This document shows positions 49,921 through 59,221 of a stretch of DNA of 64,000 bases, in pieces. The stretch is from Lachnospiraceae bacterium (lineage in GTDB: Bacteria; Bacillota; Clostridia; Lachnospirales; Lachnospiraceae). The first letter of the stretch is position 1. Every line of letters begins with the position of its first letter. A program made the translations under genes and the position numbers. The notes under the pieces were generated by a model. The model saw nothing but the letters and a program-made list of their open reading frames with translations. It searched no databases and was not told where the DNA came from. The stretch is from NCBI GenBank assembly GCA_016290615.1, contig JAEEUS010000002.1:40954-104953 (forward strand), in the 5' to 3' direction.

Positions 49921-50694
49921 ATGAAGATATATAAATCCATACCAATAATCCTGGCACTCATACTTATCGCGCTGATATCCATTGCTAAGATCGCTCCCAT
50001 AGCCACTAACATGGATACTCATTCGCATACGATATCTCAGATTGATGAAGAGATTGCAAGCGTTATGAAGCTTGCCGCCGGTGCAACTGCTGCATCAGCG
50101 GCCATATCATTACTCCCAGATGACCAGTGTACTCCTATAGCTGAACAGTTTGCTGAGCTCGGCACTTATTTTGTCGTAGTCTTAAGTGCACTTTATCTTG
50201 AAAAATATCTCGTTACGATAATTGGATATGTTTCATTTTTGGGTATGATCCCTCTTGCCTGTATCATAGGAGGTATCGGATATTTTGCTCAAAGTCAAAA
50301 AATGAAAATACTGTCCTTAAAATTTGTAATATTTGCTTTAGCACTTGAATGCGTTATTCCTGTCAGCGTAAGAACATCTGAACTTATATATAATAACTAC
50401 TGCGATACCATAGAACAAACTGTAGATAGTGCAAATGAACTAAGTATTGTTGATGAAGATCAAAGTAGTGTCGAGCGCTTCCTATCCTGGATTGAAAATG
50501 CTGCAGGGACTATTGTTGAGTATGTCACTGGTCTTCTCAGTAGGTTCATAGAAGCGATAGCAGTTATGATCGTTACATCATGTCTGATTCCGATACTCGT
50601 AATAGTATTCTTTATATTTTTGATGAAGATACTGTTTAATGTTGATGTATCAACATCTGATTTAAGAAGACTTATACCCGGTAAGCATCTATAG
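49921..50694 (+). CDS. Hypothetical integral membrane protein
   Basis: 257-aa ORF with about 4 TM segments; SAAISLLPDD, LYLEKYL, IVTSCLIP. Confidence 0.75.
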   Translation: MKIYKSIPIILALILIALISIAKIAPIATNMDTHSHTISQIDEEIASVMKLAAGATAASAAISLLPDDQCTPIAEQFAELGTYFVVVLSALYLEKYLVTIIGYVSFLGMIPLACIIGGIGYFAQSQKMKILSLKFVIFALALECVIPVSVRTSELIYNNYCDTIEQTVDSANELSIVDEDQSSVERFLSWIENAAGTIVEYVTGLLSRFIEAIAVMIVTSCLIPILVIVFFIFLMKILFNVDVSTSDLRRLIPGKHL

Positions 50695-50760
50695 ACAATG
50701 TTTTAAAAACACCGTATTTTTGATATACTAACCTAAAATAACAATTTAGGAGGATAATGT

Positions 50761-51594
50761 ATGAACCCAATTTATGAAAAACTGCAGAAATGTCTTGAAA
50801 GTGTTAGAGCAAAAACAGACTTTGTTCCCAAAGTAGCAATTGTACTTGGATCAGGTCTTGGTGATTATGCTAACGATATAAAAGTTGAATGCGAGATCGA
50901 CTATCATGATATTGAAGGATTTCCGGTATCAACCGTACCGGGACATGCCGGAAAATTTATCTTCGGTTATGTAGGAGAAGTTCCTGTAGTGTGCATGAAG
51001 GGGAGAGTGCATTATTATGAAGGATATCCTATAAGCGACGTTGTTCTGCCAACAAGACTTATGAAGCTTATGGGTGCTCAGATCCTCTTTTTGACAAACG
51101 CATCAGGAGGGCTTAATACTACATTCTGTGCGGGCGACTTTATGATGTTAACTGATCATATCGCATGCTTTGCACCCAATCCTCTTATCGGTGCTAATAT
51201 AGACGAACTTGGAACCCGTTTCCCTGATATGAGTCATGTATATGATAAAGATTTAAGAGATATAATCGAATCTACTGCAAAGGAAAACAACATAAAGCTT
51301 CAAAAAGGTGTTTATGCTCAGCTTACAGGTCCTTCGTTTGAGTCTCCTGCAGAAATAAGGATGTTAAGGACACTTGGTGTGGATGCGGTCGGAATGTCTA
51401 CAGTTGTCGAGGCAATCGCAGCTAATCATATGGGCATGAAGATTTGCTGCATTTCGTGTGTCTGCAATCTTGCGGCAGGTATGACAGATAACCCTCTCAC
51501 GCATGAAGAGGTACAGGCTGCTGCAAATGAAGCTGCTCCGAAATTTAAGAAGCTTTTAACTGAATCTGTAAAAAAATTTGATAAAGTACTGTAA
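50761..51594 (+). CDS. punA: Purine-nucleoside phosphorylase (trimeric type)
   Basis: IVLGSGLG, STVPGHAG, GRVHYYEG, GPSFESPAE, DAVGMST. Confidence 0.95.
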   Translation: MNPIYEKLQKCLESVRAKTDFVPKVAIVLGSGLGDYANDIKVECEIDYHDIEGFPVSTVPGHAGKFIFGYVGEVPVVCMKGRVHYYEGYPISDVVLPTRLMKLMGAQILFLTNASGGLNTTFCAGDFMMLTDHIACFAPNPLIGANIDELGTRFPDMSHVYDKDLRDIIESTAKENNIKLQKGVYAQLTGPSFESPAEIRMLRTLGVDAVGMSTVVEAIAANHMGMKICCISCVCNLAAGMTDNPLTHEEVQAAANEAAPKFKKLLTESVKKFDKVL

Positions 51595-51610
51595 TAATGG
51601 GGAGAGATTA

Positions 51611-52882
51611 ATGAATATTAGATTTTATAATGCCAGAATACTTACCATGGTCGATGGAGAGGATATATTTGAAGGCGAACTCTGGGTAAAAGGTAATAAG
51701 ATCGCTTATATCGGTGAAGCAAAAGAAGAATCAGAATCATGGGATGAGGAGATCGACTGTAAAAAGAATCTTTTAATGCCCGGCTTTAAAAATGTACATA
51801 CACACAGCGGTATGACAGCGTTCAGATCACTTGCTGATGATCTTAACCTTCAGGACTGGTTAAACAACATGATCTTCCCAAGAGAAGCGGTAATGACTGG
51901 CGAGGATGTTTACTGGCTTACAAAACTAGCAATCCTTGAATACCTCACAACAGGTGTTACACTGATCGCTGATATGTATCTTACACCCGATACTATTCTT
52001 GATGCGTGTGACGAAATGGGAATGAGATGCGAGATGGTTTCAGGTCTCAACAAATTTGGACCGACTGTTGAGGTTATGGAGCACAGATACAACGACTTAA
52101 ACGGAAAATCTGACTTGGTTGGATTCAAGATGGGTGTTCACGCAGAGTATACGTGCGATAAAACACTGCTTAAAGAGGTTTCAGAACTCATCCATCACTA
52201 TAAAGCGCCTTTATATGTACATATGTCAGAGACCAAAACAGAAGTCGATGAATGCAGGATAAGATACAGTATGAGTCCCGTGGCCTTTTTTGACAGTTTA
52301 GGTCTGTGGGATTTTGGCGGATGTATCTATCACGGTGTTTGGTGTGATGATCATGATATGGAGATACTTAAAAAGAGAGGAGTATCTGTTGTTTCAAATC
52401 CGGGAAGTAACACTAAGCTTGCTAGCGGTATCGCTCCTATTTCAAAATATCTTGAAAAAGGCATACTGGTAAGTCTTGGAACAGATGGGCCAAGCTCTAA
52501 CAACTGTCTTGATATGTTCAGAGAGATGTTTTTGGTTACCGGACTGGCCAAACTTAAAGAAATGGATCCCAAGGCTGTTGCTGCTGATGAAGTCTTAAAG
52601 ATGGCATGTGTAAACGGTGCTTTAAGTCTTGATCATAAGGATTGTTCTGATCTTAGTGTCGGTAAGCTTGCAGACATTATAATGATCGATCTTATGCAGC
52701 CCAATATGCAGCCAATACTTAATATTCCTAAGAATATCGTATACAGCGGATCAAAGAGCAATATCAAGATGACAATGATAGACGGAAAGATCCTATATAT
52801 GGACGGCAAGTTCTTACAGGCTGACGCAGAACAGATTTATGAGAAATGTGCTGAAATAACCGAAAGATTAAAAGATATTTGA
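51611..52882 (+). CDS. mtaD: Amidohydrolase (MTA/SAH deaminase-like)
   Basis: MPGFKNVHTH, HAEYT, HMSET, SNTKLASG, LGTDGPSSNN; RBS GGAG before ATG 51611. Confidence 0.8.
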   Translation: MNIRFYNARILTMVDGEDIFEGELWVKGNKIAYIGEAKEESESWDEEIDCKKNLLMPGFKNVHTHSGMTAFRSLADDLNLQDWLNNMIFPREAVMTGEDVYWLTKLAILEYLTTGVTLIADMYLTPDTILDACDEMGMRCEMVSGLNKFGPTVEVMEHRYNDLNGKSDLVGFKMGVHAEYTCDKTLLKEVSELIHHYKAPLYVHMSETKTEVDECRIRYSMSPVAFFDSLGLWDFGGCIYHGVWCDDHDMEILKKRGVSVVSNPGSNTKLASGIAPISKYLEKGILVSLGTDGPSSNNCLDMFREMFLVTGLAKLKEMDPKAVAADEVLKMACVNGALSLDHKDCSDLSVGKLADIIMIDLMQPNMQPILNIPKNIVYSGSKSNIKMTMIDGKILYMDGKFLQADAEQIYEKCAEITERLKDI

Positions 52883-52891
52883 TCAGAGAAC

Positions 52892-54550
52892 ATGACGCAG
52901 GTAATCATCATAACTGTAATCTTATTGCTGATATTTTTCGGTGCAGGTTACAGGAAGGAACAACTTGATAAGAAAGCATACGAAGAAAAACTAAAAAATT
53001 ATTATGGCAAGATTAATACAAGAAAGCTTTCTTCAGAAGAATTAAAGAGCATAAAAGGTTTTACTAACTATCATTTTCATGAAGATATGATAGATGATAT
53101 AACCTGGAATGACCTTGATATGAATCTGATATATTCTAAGATGAATTATTGCAATTCATCAGCTGGAGACGAATTCCTTTATTATACTTTAAGAAGTCCG
53201 CATACTAAGCTTTACGACTGGTCAGATTTCGAATGCAAGGTCAATCGACTTATAGAGGATCCTGAATATAGAACAAAGCTTCAAGTCTGTCTTCACAACA
53301 TCGGCAGAAGCAAAAACTATAGTATATACAGCTATATTGATAAGCTAGATGAAGCAACAAGAACTTCAACATTAATGACAATGGCAGGAGTTATAATGTA
53401 TATTCCTGCGATCGTGATATGCTTTTTCAATCTTTTTATCGGTATTGCTCTGATATTTGTCTTCGCCGTTTACAACATGGCAACATACTTTAAGCAAAAG
53501 AGCAGAATAGAGCCGTATATTGTTTGTTTTGAGTATGCATTCAGGGTATTGAAAAATTGTGATAATATCATTCAGGTTATAAAAGACGGACCAGATATAT
53601 TGAAAGGCGAAATGACCGACCTGGTCAGTATATCAAACCGATTCAAATCATTTAAAAGGTTTTCCTCACTTGTGATCGGGAATCTGGGTAACAGTCCTTT
53701 GGGAGTGATACTTGATTATATCAAGATGTTAACGCATCTTGATCTGATGAAGTTTAACACTATGCTTGATCAGATTAAACTACACCAAGAGGACATTGAT
53801 AAGATACTTACGATAATAGGAACTATTGACTGCTATATATCAATAGGTGAATACAGAGTATCAACATCTCAGTTTAGCATTCCAAAACTGGATGATTCAT
53901 ATAAGGCTTTGAAGATAGAAGACGGATATCATCCATTATTAACCGATGCCGTTCCAAACAGTATAAATGCTGATAAGTGTGTACTTTTGACCGGTTCAAA
54001 TGCTTCTGGCAAATCTACATTCTTAAAGATGATCGCGGTTAATGCGTTGCTTTCACAGACTATCCACACGAGTCTTTCCAAAGAATATGCTGCTCCCTAT
54101 TTCAATATCTATTCCTCACTAAGTCTGAAAGACAGTATCGTAACCGGTGAAAGCTATTACATGGTCGAGATAAAGGCTTTAAAGAGGATAATGGATGCAT
54201 CTGAAAACAAAGCACATGTTCTCGGATTTGTGGATGAAGTGTTAAGAGGGACAAACACAACGGAAAGAATTGCTGCAAGCAGTGCCATATTACGTAATCT
54301 CTCCGATAAGGGTGTGCTTGTTTTTGCGGCTACACATGATCTTGAGTTAACCTCTATCCTTGATGATATCTATGATAATTATCATTTCGAAGAGGAAATG
54401 AAAGATAATGATGTGATATTTCCTTATAAACTGTCCAAAGGAAAAGCTACAAGCAGAAATGCGATAAAGCTGCTTGATATTCTGGGATATGATAAGGATA
54501 TTATTAGTAAAGCCAATGAACTCGTTAAAAACATGGAGGAAAGCCGATAA
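52892..54550 (+). CDS. Membrane-anchored MutS-related ATPase (domain V only)
   Basis: N-terminal and central TM segments; DDITWNDLDM; LTGSNASGKST, ESYYMVE, VDEVLRGTN, ATHDLEL. Confidence 0.85.
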   Translation: MTQVIIITVILLLIFFGAGYRKEQLDKKAYEEKLKNYYGKINTRKLSSEELKSIKGFTNYHFHEDMIDDITWNDLDMNLIYSKMNYCNSSAGDEFLYYTLRSPHTKLYDWSDFECKVNRLIEDPEYRTKLQVCLHNIGRSKNYSIYSYIDKLDEATRTSTLMTMAGVIMYIPAIVICFFNLFIGIALIFVFAVYNMATYFKQKSRIEPYIVCFEYAFRVLKNCDNIIQVIKDGPDILKGEMTDLVSISNRFKSFKRFSSLVIGNLGNSPLGVILDYIKMLTHLDLMKFNTMLDQIKLHQEDIDKILTIIGTIDCYISIGEYRVSTSQFSIPKLDDSYKALKIEDGYHPLLTDAVPNSINADKCVLLTGSNASGKSTFLKMIAVNALLSQTIHTSLSKEYAAPYFNIYSSLSLKDSIVTGESYYMVEIKALKRIMDASENKAHVLGFVDEVLRGTNTTERIAASSAILRNLSDKGVLVFAATHDLELTSILDDIYDNYHFEEEMKDNDVIFPYKLSKGKATSRNAIKLLDILGYDKDIISKANELVKNMEESR

Positions 54551-55017
54551 TGAACGTAACATTATACAGTGATGGTTCATCTAGAGGTAATCCCGGACCG
54601 GGCGGCTACGGAACGATACTAGAATATATCGATCCGAAAGGTAATCTCCATACGCGTGAATACTCTGAAGGGTTTGCAGAAACTACAAACAACAGGATGG
54701 AACTGTTAGGAGTCATTACCGGGCTTGAAGCACTCACCAAGCCATGTAAAGTTGAAGTTATAACCGATTCGAAGTATGTTGCCGATGCTTTCAATCAGCA
54801 CTGGGTTGAAGGTTGGATAAAAAAAGACTGGAGAAGAGGAAAAAAAGACGAGGTAAAAAACATCGATCTCTGGCTTAGATTATTAAAGGCGATGAACCCT
54901 CATCAGGTAAGCTTCACTTGGGTCAAGGGGCATGCAGGACATCCTCAGAATGAAAGATGCGACAAGCTTGCTACTTCAGCTGCAGATGCTATCGTTGAAG
55001 AAAATACGCCAAGTTGA
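54550..55017 (+). CDS. rnhA: Ribonuclease HI
   Basis: YSDGSSRGNPGPGG, TTNNRMEL, TDSKY, WVKGHAGHPQNERCD. Confidence 0.97.
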   Translation: MNVTLYSDGSSRGNPGPGGYGTILEYIDPKGNLHTREYSEGFAETTNNRMELLGVITGLEALTKPCKVEVITDSKYVADAFNQHWVEGWIKKDWRRGKKDEVKNIDLWLRLLKAMNPHQVSFTWVKGHAGHPQNERCDKLATSAADAIVEENTPS

Positions 55018-55042
55018 AAAATATGAAATGAGATGTTATTAT
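55014..55042 (+). promoter_or_regulatory. Sigma-A promoter of the small membrane-protein gene
   Basis: TTGAAA-17 bp-TATTAT with TGn extension. Confidence 0.65.
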
Positions 55043-55071
55043 ATATAACATCTTGAACAAGGAGATTCATT

Positions 55072-55263
55072 ATGAATAATCTTATATTGTTTACTAACGC
55101 ATTTTTATCATATTTAATTCTTTTTCTTGTATTTGCAACACTTATTGTTATCGCGGTTTTTGCCGGTATAAGAGTAAGAAAGAACAAAAACAAAAAAGAA
55201 GAGATAGAAAAGAGCGCAGCAAACCTTGAGGCCGCTGCAGTCAGCAAAGAAAACATTGCATAG
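55072..55263 (+). CDS. 63-aa single-TM small protein
   Basis: RBS AAGGAG; hydrophobic helix followed by RVRKNKNKK; own promoter and terminator. Confidence 0.8.
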   Translation: MNNLILFTNAFLSYLILFLVFATLIVIAVFAGIRVRKNKNKKEEIEKSAANLEAAAVSKENIA

Positions 55264-55266
55264 TTT

Positions 55267-55295
55267 AAAAGACGTTCAATACGAACGTCTTTTTT
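55267..55295 (+). terminator. Terminator after the small-protein gene
   Basis: AAAAGACGTTC-AATAC-GAACGTCTTTT followed by TT. Confidence 0.8.
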
Positions 55296-55315
55296 AGAAT
55301 AATCGTGAGGATATC

Positions 55316-56305
55316 ATGGCAAAAGGTATTAATCAAAAGCTAAAACTTCTATATATTGTTAAGATTCTCGAAAAAAAGACAGATGAAGATCATCCCATGA
55401 GCACAAAGCAGCTGATAGATGAACTTGCCAAATACGAGATAGGTGCCGAGAGAAAGAGCATTTATGATGACATAGCTCAGCTCATCGAATTCGGATACGA
55501 TATAGTTACCAATAAATCCAAGAAAGACGGTGGGTATTATATGGCAAGCAGACAATTCGAGCTTTCGGAAATGAAACTGCTTGTAGATAGCATACAGGCA
55601 TCTAAGTTCATTACAGTTAAAAAGAGTCGTGAACTCATCGCAAAACTTGAAGATATTGTATCTGAGTTTGATGAGGCACAGTTAAAACGTGACATTTTTG
55701 TGCAGAACAGAGTTAAGACTGATAATGAGAGCATTTATTATGTCGTAAATGATATTTACGCTGCAATGCAGAACAATAAACAGATATCTTTCAAATACCT
55801 TGACTGGACTCCTCAAAAAGAAAAAGTAGCAAGGCACGATGGGCAGTTGTATTTTGTCAGTCCTTTTGCTCTTACCTTTAAAGATGAAAACTATTATATG
55901 ATCGCCTATGATTCAAGCTCGCAGAAGATAAAGCATTACAGGGTAGATAAGATAAAAGGAGTTAGTCTGCTTAATGAATCCAGAAAGGGAAATGATCTCT
56001 TTGAGAAATTTGATGTTGCCAGCTATGCTAACAGATCCTTCGGAATGTATGGAGGAGAAGTAAAAACTGTTACTCTGCGTGTACAAAAAGAATCTATCGG
56101 CATAGTGATCGACAGATTTGGTACTGACATAAATATAAGAGAAGAAAAAGGAGATTGTCTTGTGCGGACTCCAGTCGCCATATCAAATCAGTTCTTTGGA
56201 TGGATAACCTCTTTAGGCGGTGCAGTACTCATCGATTCACCTAAGGATGTAAAAGATTCTTATTTGACATTTTTAAAGGAGATTTTAGATAAACAGAATA
56301 AATAA
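55316..56305 (+). CDS. WYL-domain transcriptional regulator (wHTH-WYL-WCX)
   Basis: TDEDHPMS...ERKSIYDDI wHTH; VSPFAL..DENYYMIAYD...YRVDKI WYL; FFGW...IDSP WCX. Confidence 0.9.
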   Translation: MAKGINQKLKLLYIVKILEKKTDEDHPMSTKQLIDELAKYEIGAERKSIYDDIAQLIEFGYDIVTNKSKKDGGYYMASRQFELSEMKLLVDSIQASKFITVKKSRELIAKLEDIVSEFDEAQLKRDIFVQNRVKTDNESIYYVVNDIYAAMQNNKQISFKYLDWTPQKEKVARHDGQLYFVSPFALTFKDENYYMIAYDSSSQKIKHYRVDKIKGVSLLNESRKGNDLFEKFDVASYANRSFGMYGGEVKTVTLRVQKESIGIVIDRFGTDINIREEKGDCLVRTPVAISNQFFGWITSLGGAVLIDSPKDVKDSYLTFLKEILDKQNK

Positions 56306-56321
56306 AAAGTGATCTTATCTG

Positions 56322-56352
56322 AAAGAGGTGACAAAAATCACCTCTTTTTTTT
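56322..56352 (+). terminator. Terminator after the WYL gene
   Basis: AAAGAGGTGA-CAAAAA-TCACCTCTTT followed by a T-run. Confidence 0.9.
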
Positions 56353-56376
56353 GTTCATTATGTCAATTCAAATCCG

Positions 56377-56456
56377 TTGACACAATATATGGGATTATTT
56401 TATAATGTGATACAAGATATAGACAGCCAGACAAAGATGTCAACTACATGATGTAC
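56377..56456 (+). promoter_or_regulatory. nrdD promoter with NrdR boxes
   Basis: TTGACA (56377)-18 bp-TATAAT (56401); NrdR-box-like ACACAATATATGGGAT (56380) and ATACAAGATATAGACA (56410), weaker CAACTACATGATGTAC (56441). Confidence 0.8.
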
Positions 56457-56496
56457 TTTGTTAGGCTTGATTTGCGTTTTTTGTAAGGAGAATGAG

Positions 56497-58689
56497 ATGA
56501 GTGTAGTGGTGGAATCTGTTAAAGAATTGGATGATAACTATTACGGCGAGAAATATATGCCGAAACGACATGTCGTTGTTATCAAGAAAGACGGAAGCTA
56601 TGAAGAGTTTAATGTTCAGAAGGTAGTTAATGCAGTAGGAAAGAGTGCCTACAGAGCGTTGACAAAGTTTTCCGAGGAGGAAAAAGGACAGATATGCCAG
56701 TATGTCTGTGATAAGGTAGATGAACTCGAGGCTGATGAGATTCCGATCCCCGTAATGCATAACATCGTTGAGAGTGCTTTGGAGCAGGTTAAGCCTATAG
56801 TTGCTAAGTCATACAGAGACTATCGTAACTATAAGCAGGATTTTGTGCGCATGCTTGATGACGTATATAAAAAGAGTCAGTCGATCATGTATGTGGGAGA
56901 CAAGGAAAACTCCAACACAGACTCCGCTTTGGTATCTACCAAGCGTTCGCTCATATTCAATCAGTTAAACAAGGAACTGTATCAGAAGTTCTTCCTTACA
57001 ACCGAGGAAATACAGGCTTGTCGTGACGGATACATATACGTTCACGATATGAGTGCAAGAAGAGATACCATGAACTGCTGTCTCTTTGACGTTGAAAACG
57101 TTTTAAAGGGCGGTTTTGAAATGGGTAACATATGGTACAACGAGCCCAAGACAGTTGATACCGCTTTTGATGTAATAGGCGATATAGTTTTAAGTGCTGC
57201 AAGCCAGCAGTACGGAGGATTTACCGTTCCTAGTGTAGATAACATCCTTGAGCCCTATGCCGAGAAATCGTATAAGAAATACACAGATAAGTATATGAAA
57301 CTCGGAATCGATAAGGAGACCGCTGAAGCTGAAGCATATGCTGATGTTGTTCGTGATATGGAGCAGGGTTTCCAGGGCTGGGAATATAAATTCAATACAG
57401 TAGCAAGTTCAAGAGGAGATTATCCGTTCATTACTGTAACAGCCGGTACAGGAACCGGAAGATTTGCAAAGCTTGCTACAATCTGTATGTTAAATGTCCG
57501 CAGACGCGGACAGGGCAAGAAGGAATGCAAGAAGCCTGTTCTTTTCCCCAAGATCGTATTCCTTTATGATGAGAAACTTCATGGCCCGGGATGTGAGCTC
57601 GAAGATGTATTTGAAGCGGGTGTTAAATGTTCAGCCAAAACCATGTATCCTGATTGGCTCTCGCTTACAGGAAAAGGATATATAGCTTCAATGTATAAAA
57701 GATATGGAAAGATCATCTCACCTATGGGCTGCAGAGCTTTCCTTTCTCCCTGGTATGAGCGTGGCGGCATGCATCCTGCTGATGATGACGATGTGCCTGT
57801 ATTTGTAGGCAGGTTCAATATCGGTGCGGTATCATTGCATCTACCCATGATACTTGCTAAAGCTAGACACGAGAGTAAAGATTTCTATGAAGTACTTGAT
57901 TATTATCTGAATCTGATCAGACAGCTGCATATAAGAACATATGCATATCTTGGCGAGATGCGTGCGAGCACAAATCCTCTTGCTTATTGTGAAGGTGGTT
58001 TCCTTGGCGGACATCTCAAGCTGACAGATAAGATCAAGCCATTGCTCAAAGCAGCAACTGCAAGCTTCGGTATTACTGCATTTAATGAGCTTCAGATGCT
58101 CTATAACGGAAAATCTCTGGTAGAAGACGGTCAGTTCGCACTTGAAGTCCTTGATCATATAAACAAGAAAGTAAATGAATTCAAGGAAGAAGACGGACAT
58201 CTGTATGCTATATACGGAACGCCTGCAGAGAATCTATGCGGTCTTCAGGTTCAGCAGTTCAGAAAGAAATACGGTATCATCGAAGGCGTATCGGACAGAG
58301 AATATGTTTCAAACAGTTTCCACTGTCATGTTTCTGAAGATATCACTCCTATCGAGAAGCAGGATACCGAATACCGTTTCTGGGAGATGTGTAACGGCGG
58401 TAAGATACAGTATGTAAAATATCCGATCGATTATAATATCGAAGCTGTTAAAACACTCATAAGAAGAGCGATGGAAATGGGCTTCTACGAAGGTGTAAAC
58501 CTTTCGCTTGCTTACTGTGATGACTGCGGTCATCAGGAGCTTGAAATGGATGTATGCCCTAAGTGCGGAAGCAGAAATCTTACTAAGATAGACCGTATGA
58601 ACGGATATCTTTCATATTCACGTGTTCATGGTGACACAAGACTTAATGATGCTAAGATGGCAGAAATCGCAGAAAGGAAGTCTATGTAA
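56497..58689 (+). CDS. nrdD: Anaerobic (class III) ribonucleoside-triphosphate reductase
   Basis: ATP cone VIKKDG, NCC, YGTPAENLC, CDDC/CPKC Zn site, glycyl loop RMNGYL; RBS AAGGAG before ATG 56497. Confidence 0.96.
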   Translation: MSVVVESVKELDDNYYGEKYMPKRHVVVIKKDGSYEEFNVQKVVNAVGKSAYRALTKFSEEEKGQICQYVCDKVDELEADEIPIPVMHNIVESALEQVKPIVAKSYRDYRNYKQDFVRMLDDVYKKSQSIMYVGDKENSNTDSALVSTKRSLIFNQLNKELYQKFFLTTEEIQACRDGYIYVHDMSARRDTMNCCLFDVENVLKGGFEMGNIWYNEPKTVDTAFDVIGDIVLSAASQQYGGFTVPSVDNILEPYAEKSYKKYTDKYMKLGIDKETAEAEAYADVVRDMEQGFQGWEYKFNTVASSRGDYPFITVTAGTGTGRFAKLATICMLNVRRRGQGKKECKKPVLFPKIVFLYDEKLHGPGCELEDVFEAGVKCSAKTMYPDWLSLTGKGYIASMYKRYGKIISPMGCRAFLSPWYERGGMHPADDDDVPVFVGRFNIGAVSLHLPMILAKARHESKDFYEVLDYYLNLIRQLHIRTYAYLGEMRASTNPLAYCEGGFLGGHLKLTDKIKPLLKAATASFGITAFNELQMLYNGKSLVEDGQFALEVLDHINKKVNEFKEEDGHLYAIYGTPAENLCGLQVQQFRKKYGIIEGVSDREYVSNSFHCHVSEDITPIEKQDTEYRFWEMCNGGKIQYVKYPIDYNIEAVKTLIRRAMEMGFYEGVNLSLAYCDDCGHQELEMDVCPKCGSRNLTKIDRMNGYLSYSRVHGDTRLNDAKMAEIAERKSM

Positions 58690-58691
58690 CC

Positions 58692-59201
58692 ATGAGATAT
58701 CACAATATTACCAAGGACGATATGCTTAACGGCGACGGACTTCGTGTTGTTCTGTGGGTAGCCGGCTGCTCACATTGCTGTAAGGGATGTCAGAATCCGA
58801 TCACCTGGGATCCCGACGGTGGACTGCTGTTTGATGAAGCTGCTAAGCAGGAGATTTTTGATCAGCTTGATCGATCATATATATCTGGAATAACATTTTC
58901 CGGCGGAGATCCGCTTCACAGCGCTAACAGACTTGATGTTCGCGCTCTTGCCGAAGAGATTAAAGAAAAATATCCGAATAAGACCATATGGCTTTACACA
59001 GGTTATAAGTGGGAAGAGATATGGCATTATCCGATGATGAAGAATATTGATGTTCTTGTTGACGGCGAATATGTCGAAGAACAGAGGGATACTAAGCTTC
59101 TTTGGAAAGGAAGTTCAAATCAGCGTGTAATAGATGTACAGGCCACACTTCAAAAATCAGACAAGCTTATACCAGTTCTTCATTGCGGAGATTATAGCTA
59201 G
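58692..59201 (+). CDS. nrdG: Anaerobic RNR activase
   Basis: NGDGLRVVLWVAGCSHCCKGCQN, GITFSGGDP, KGSSNQR. Confidence 0.96.
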   Translation: MRYHNITKDDMLNGDGLRVVLWVAGCSHCCKGCQNPITWDPDGGLLFDEAAKQEIFDQLDRSYISGITFSGGDPLHSANRLDVRALAEEIKEKYPNKTIWLYTGYKWEEIWHYPMMKNIDVLVDGEYVEEQRDTKLLWKGSSNQRVIDVQATLQKSDKLIPVLHCGDYS

Positions 59202-59221
59202 TTATAAGGGGAGGTAGACAA

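Noticed and set aside
55267-55295. LexA/SOS box upstream of the WYL gene
   Set aside because: The half-sites are ordered GTTC-N5-GAAC, not GAAC-N4-GTTC; the T-tail fits a terminator.
55316-56305. WYL gene as a marker of an anti-phage defence island
   Set aside because: The flanking genes are housekeeping; no nuclease, toxin, Cas or mobility genes are nearby.
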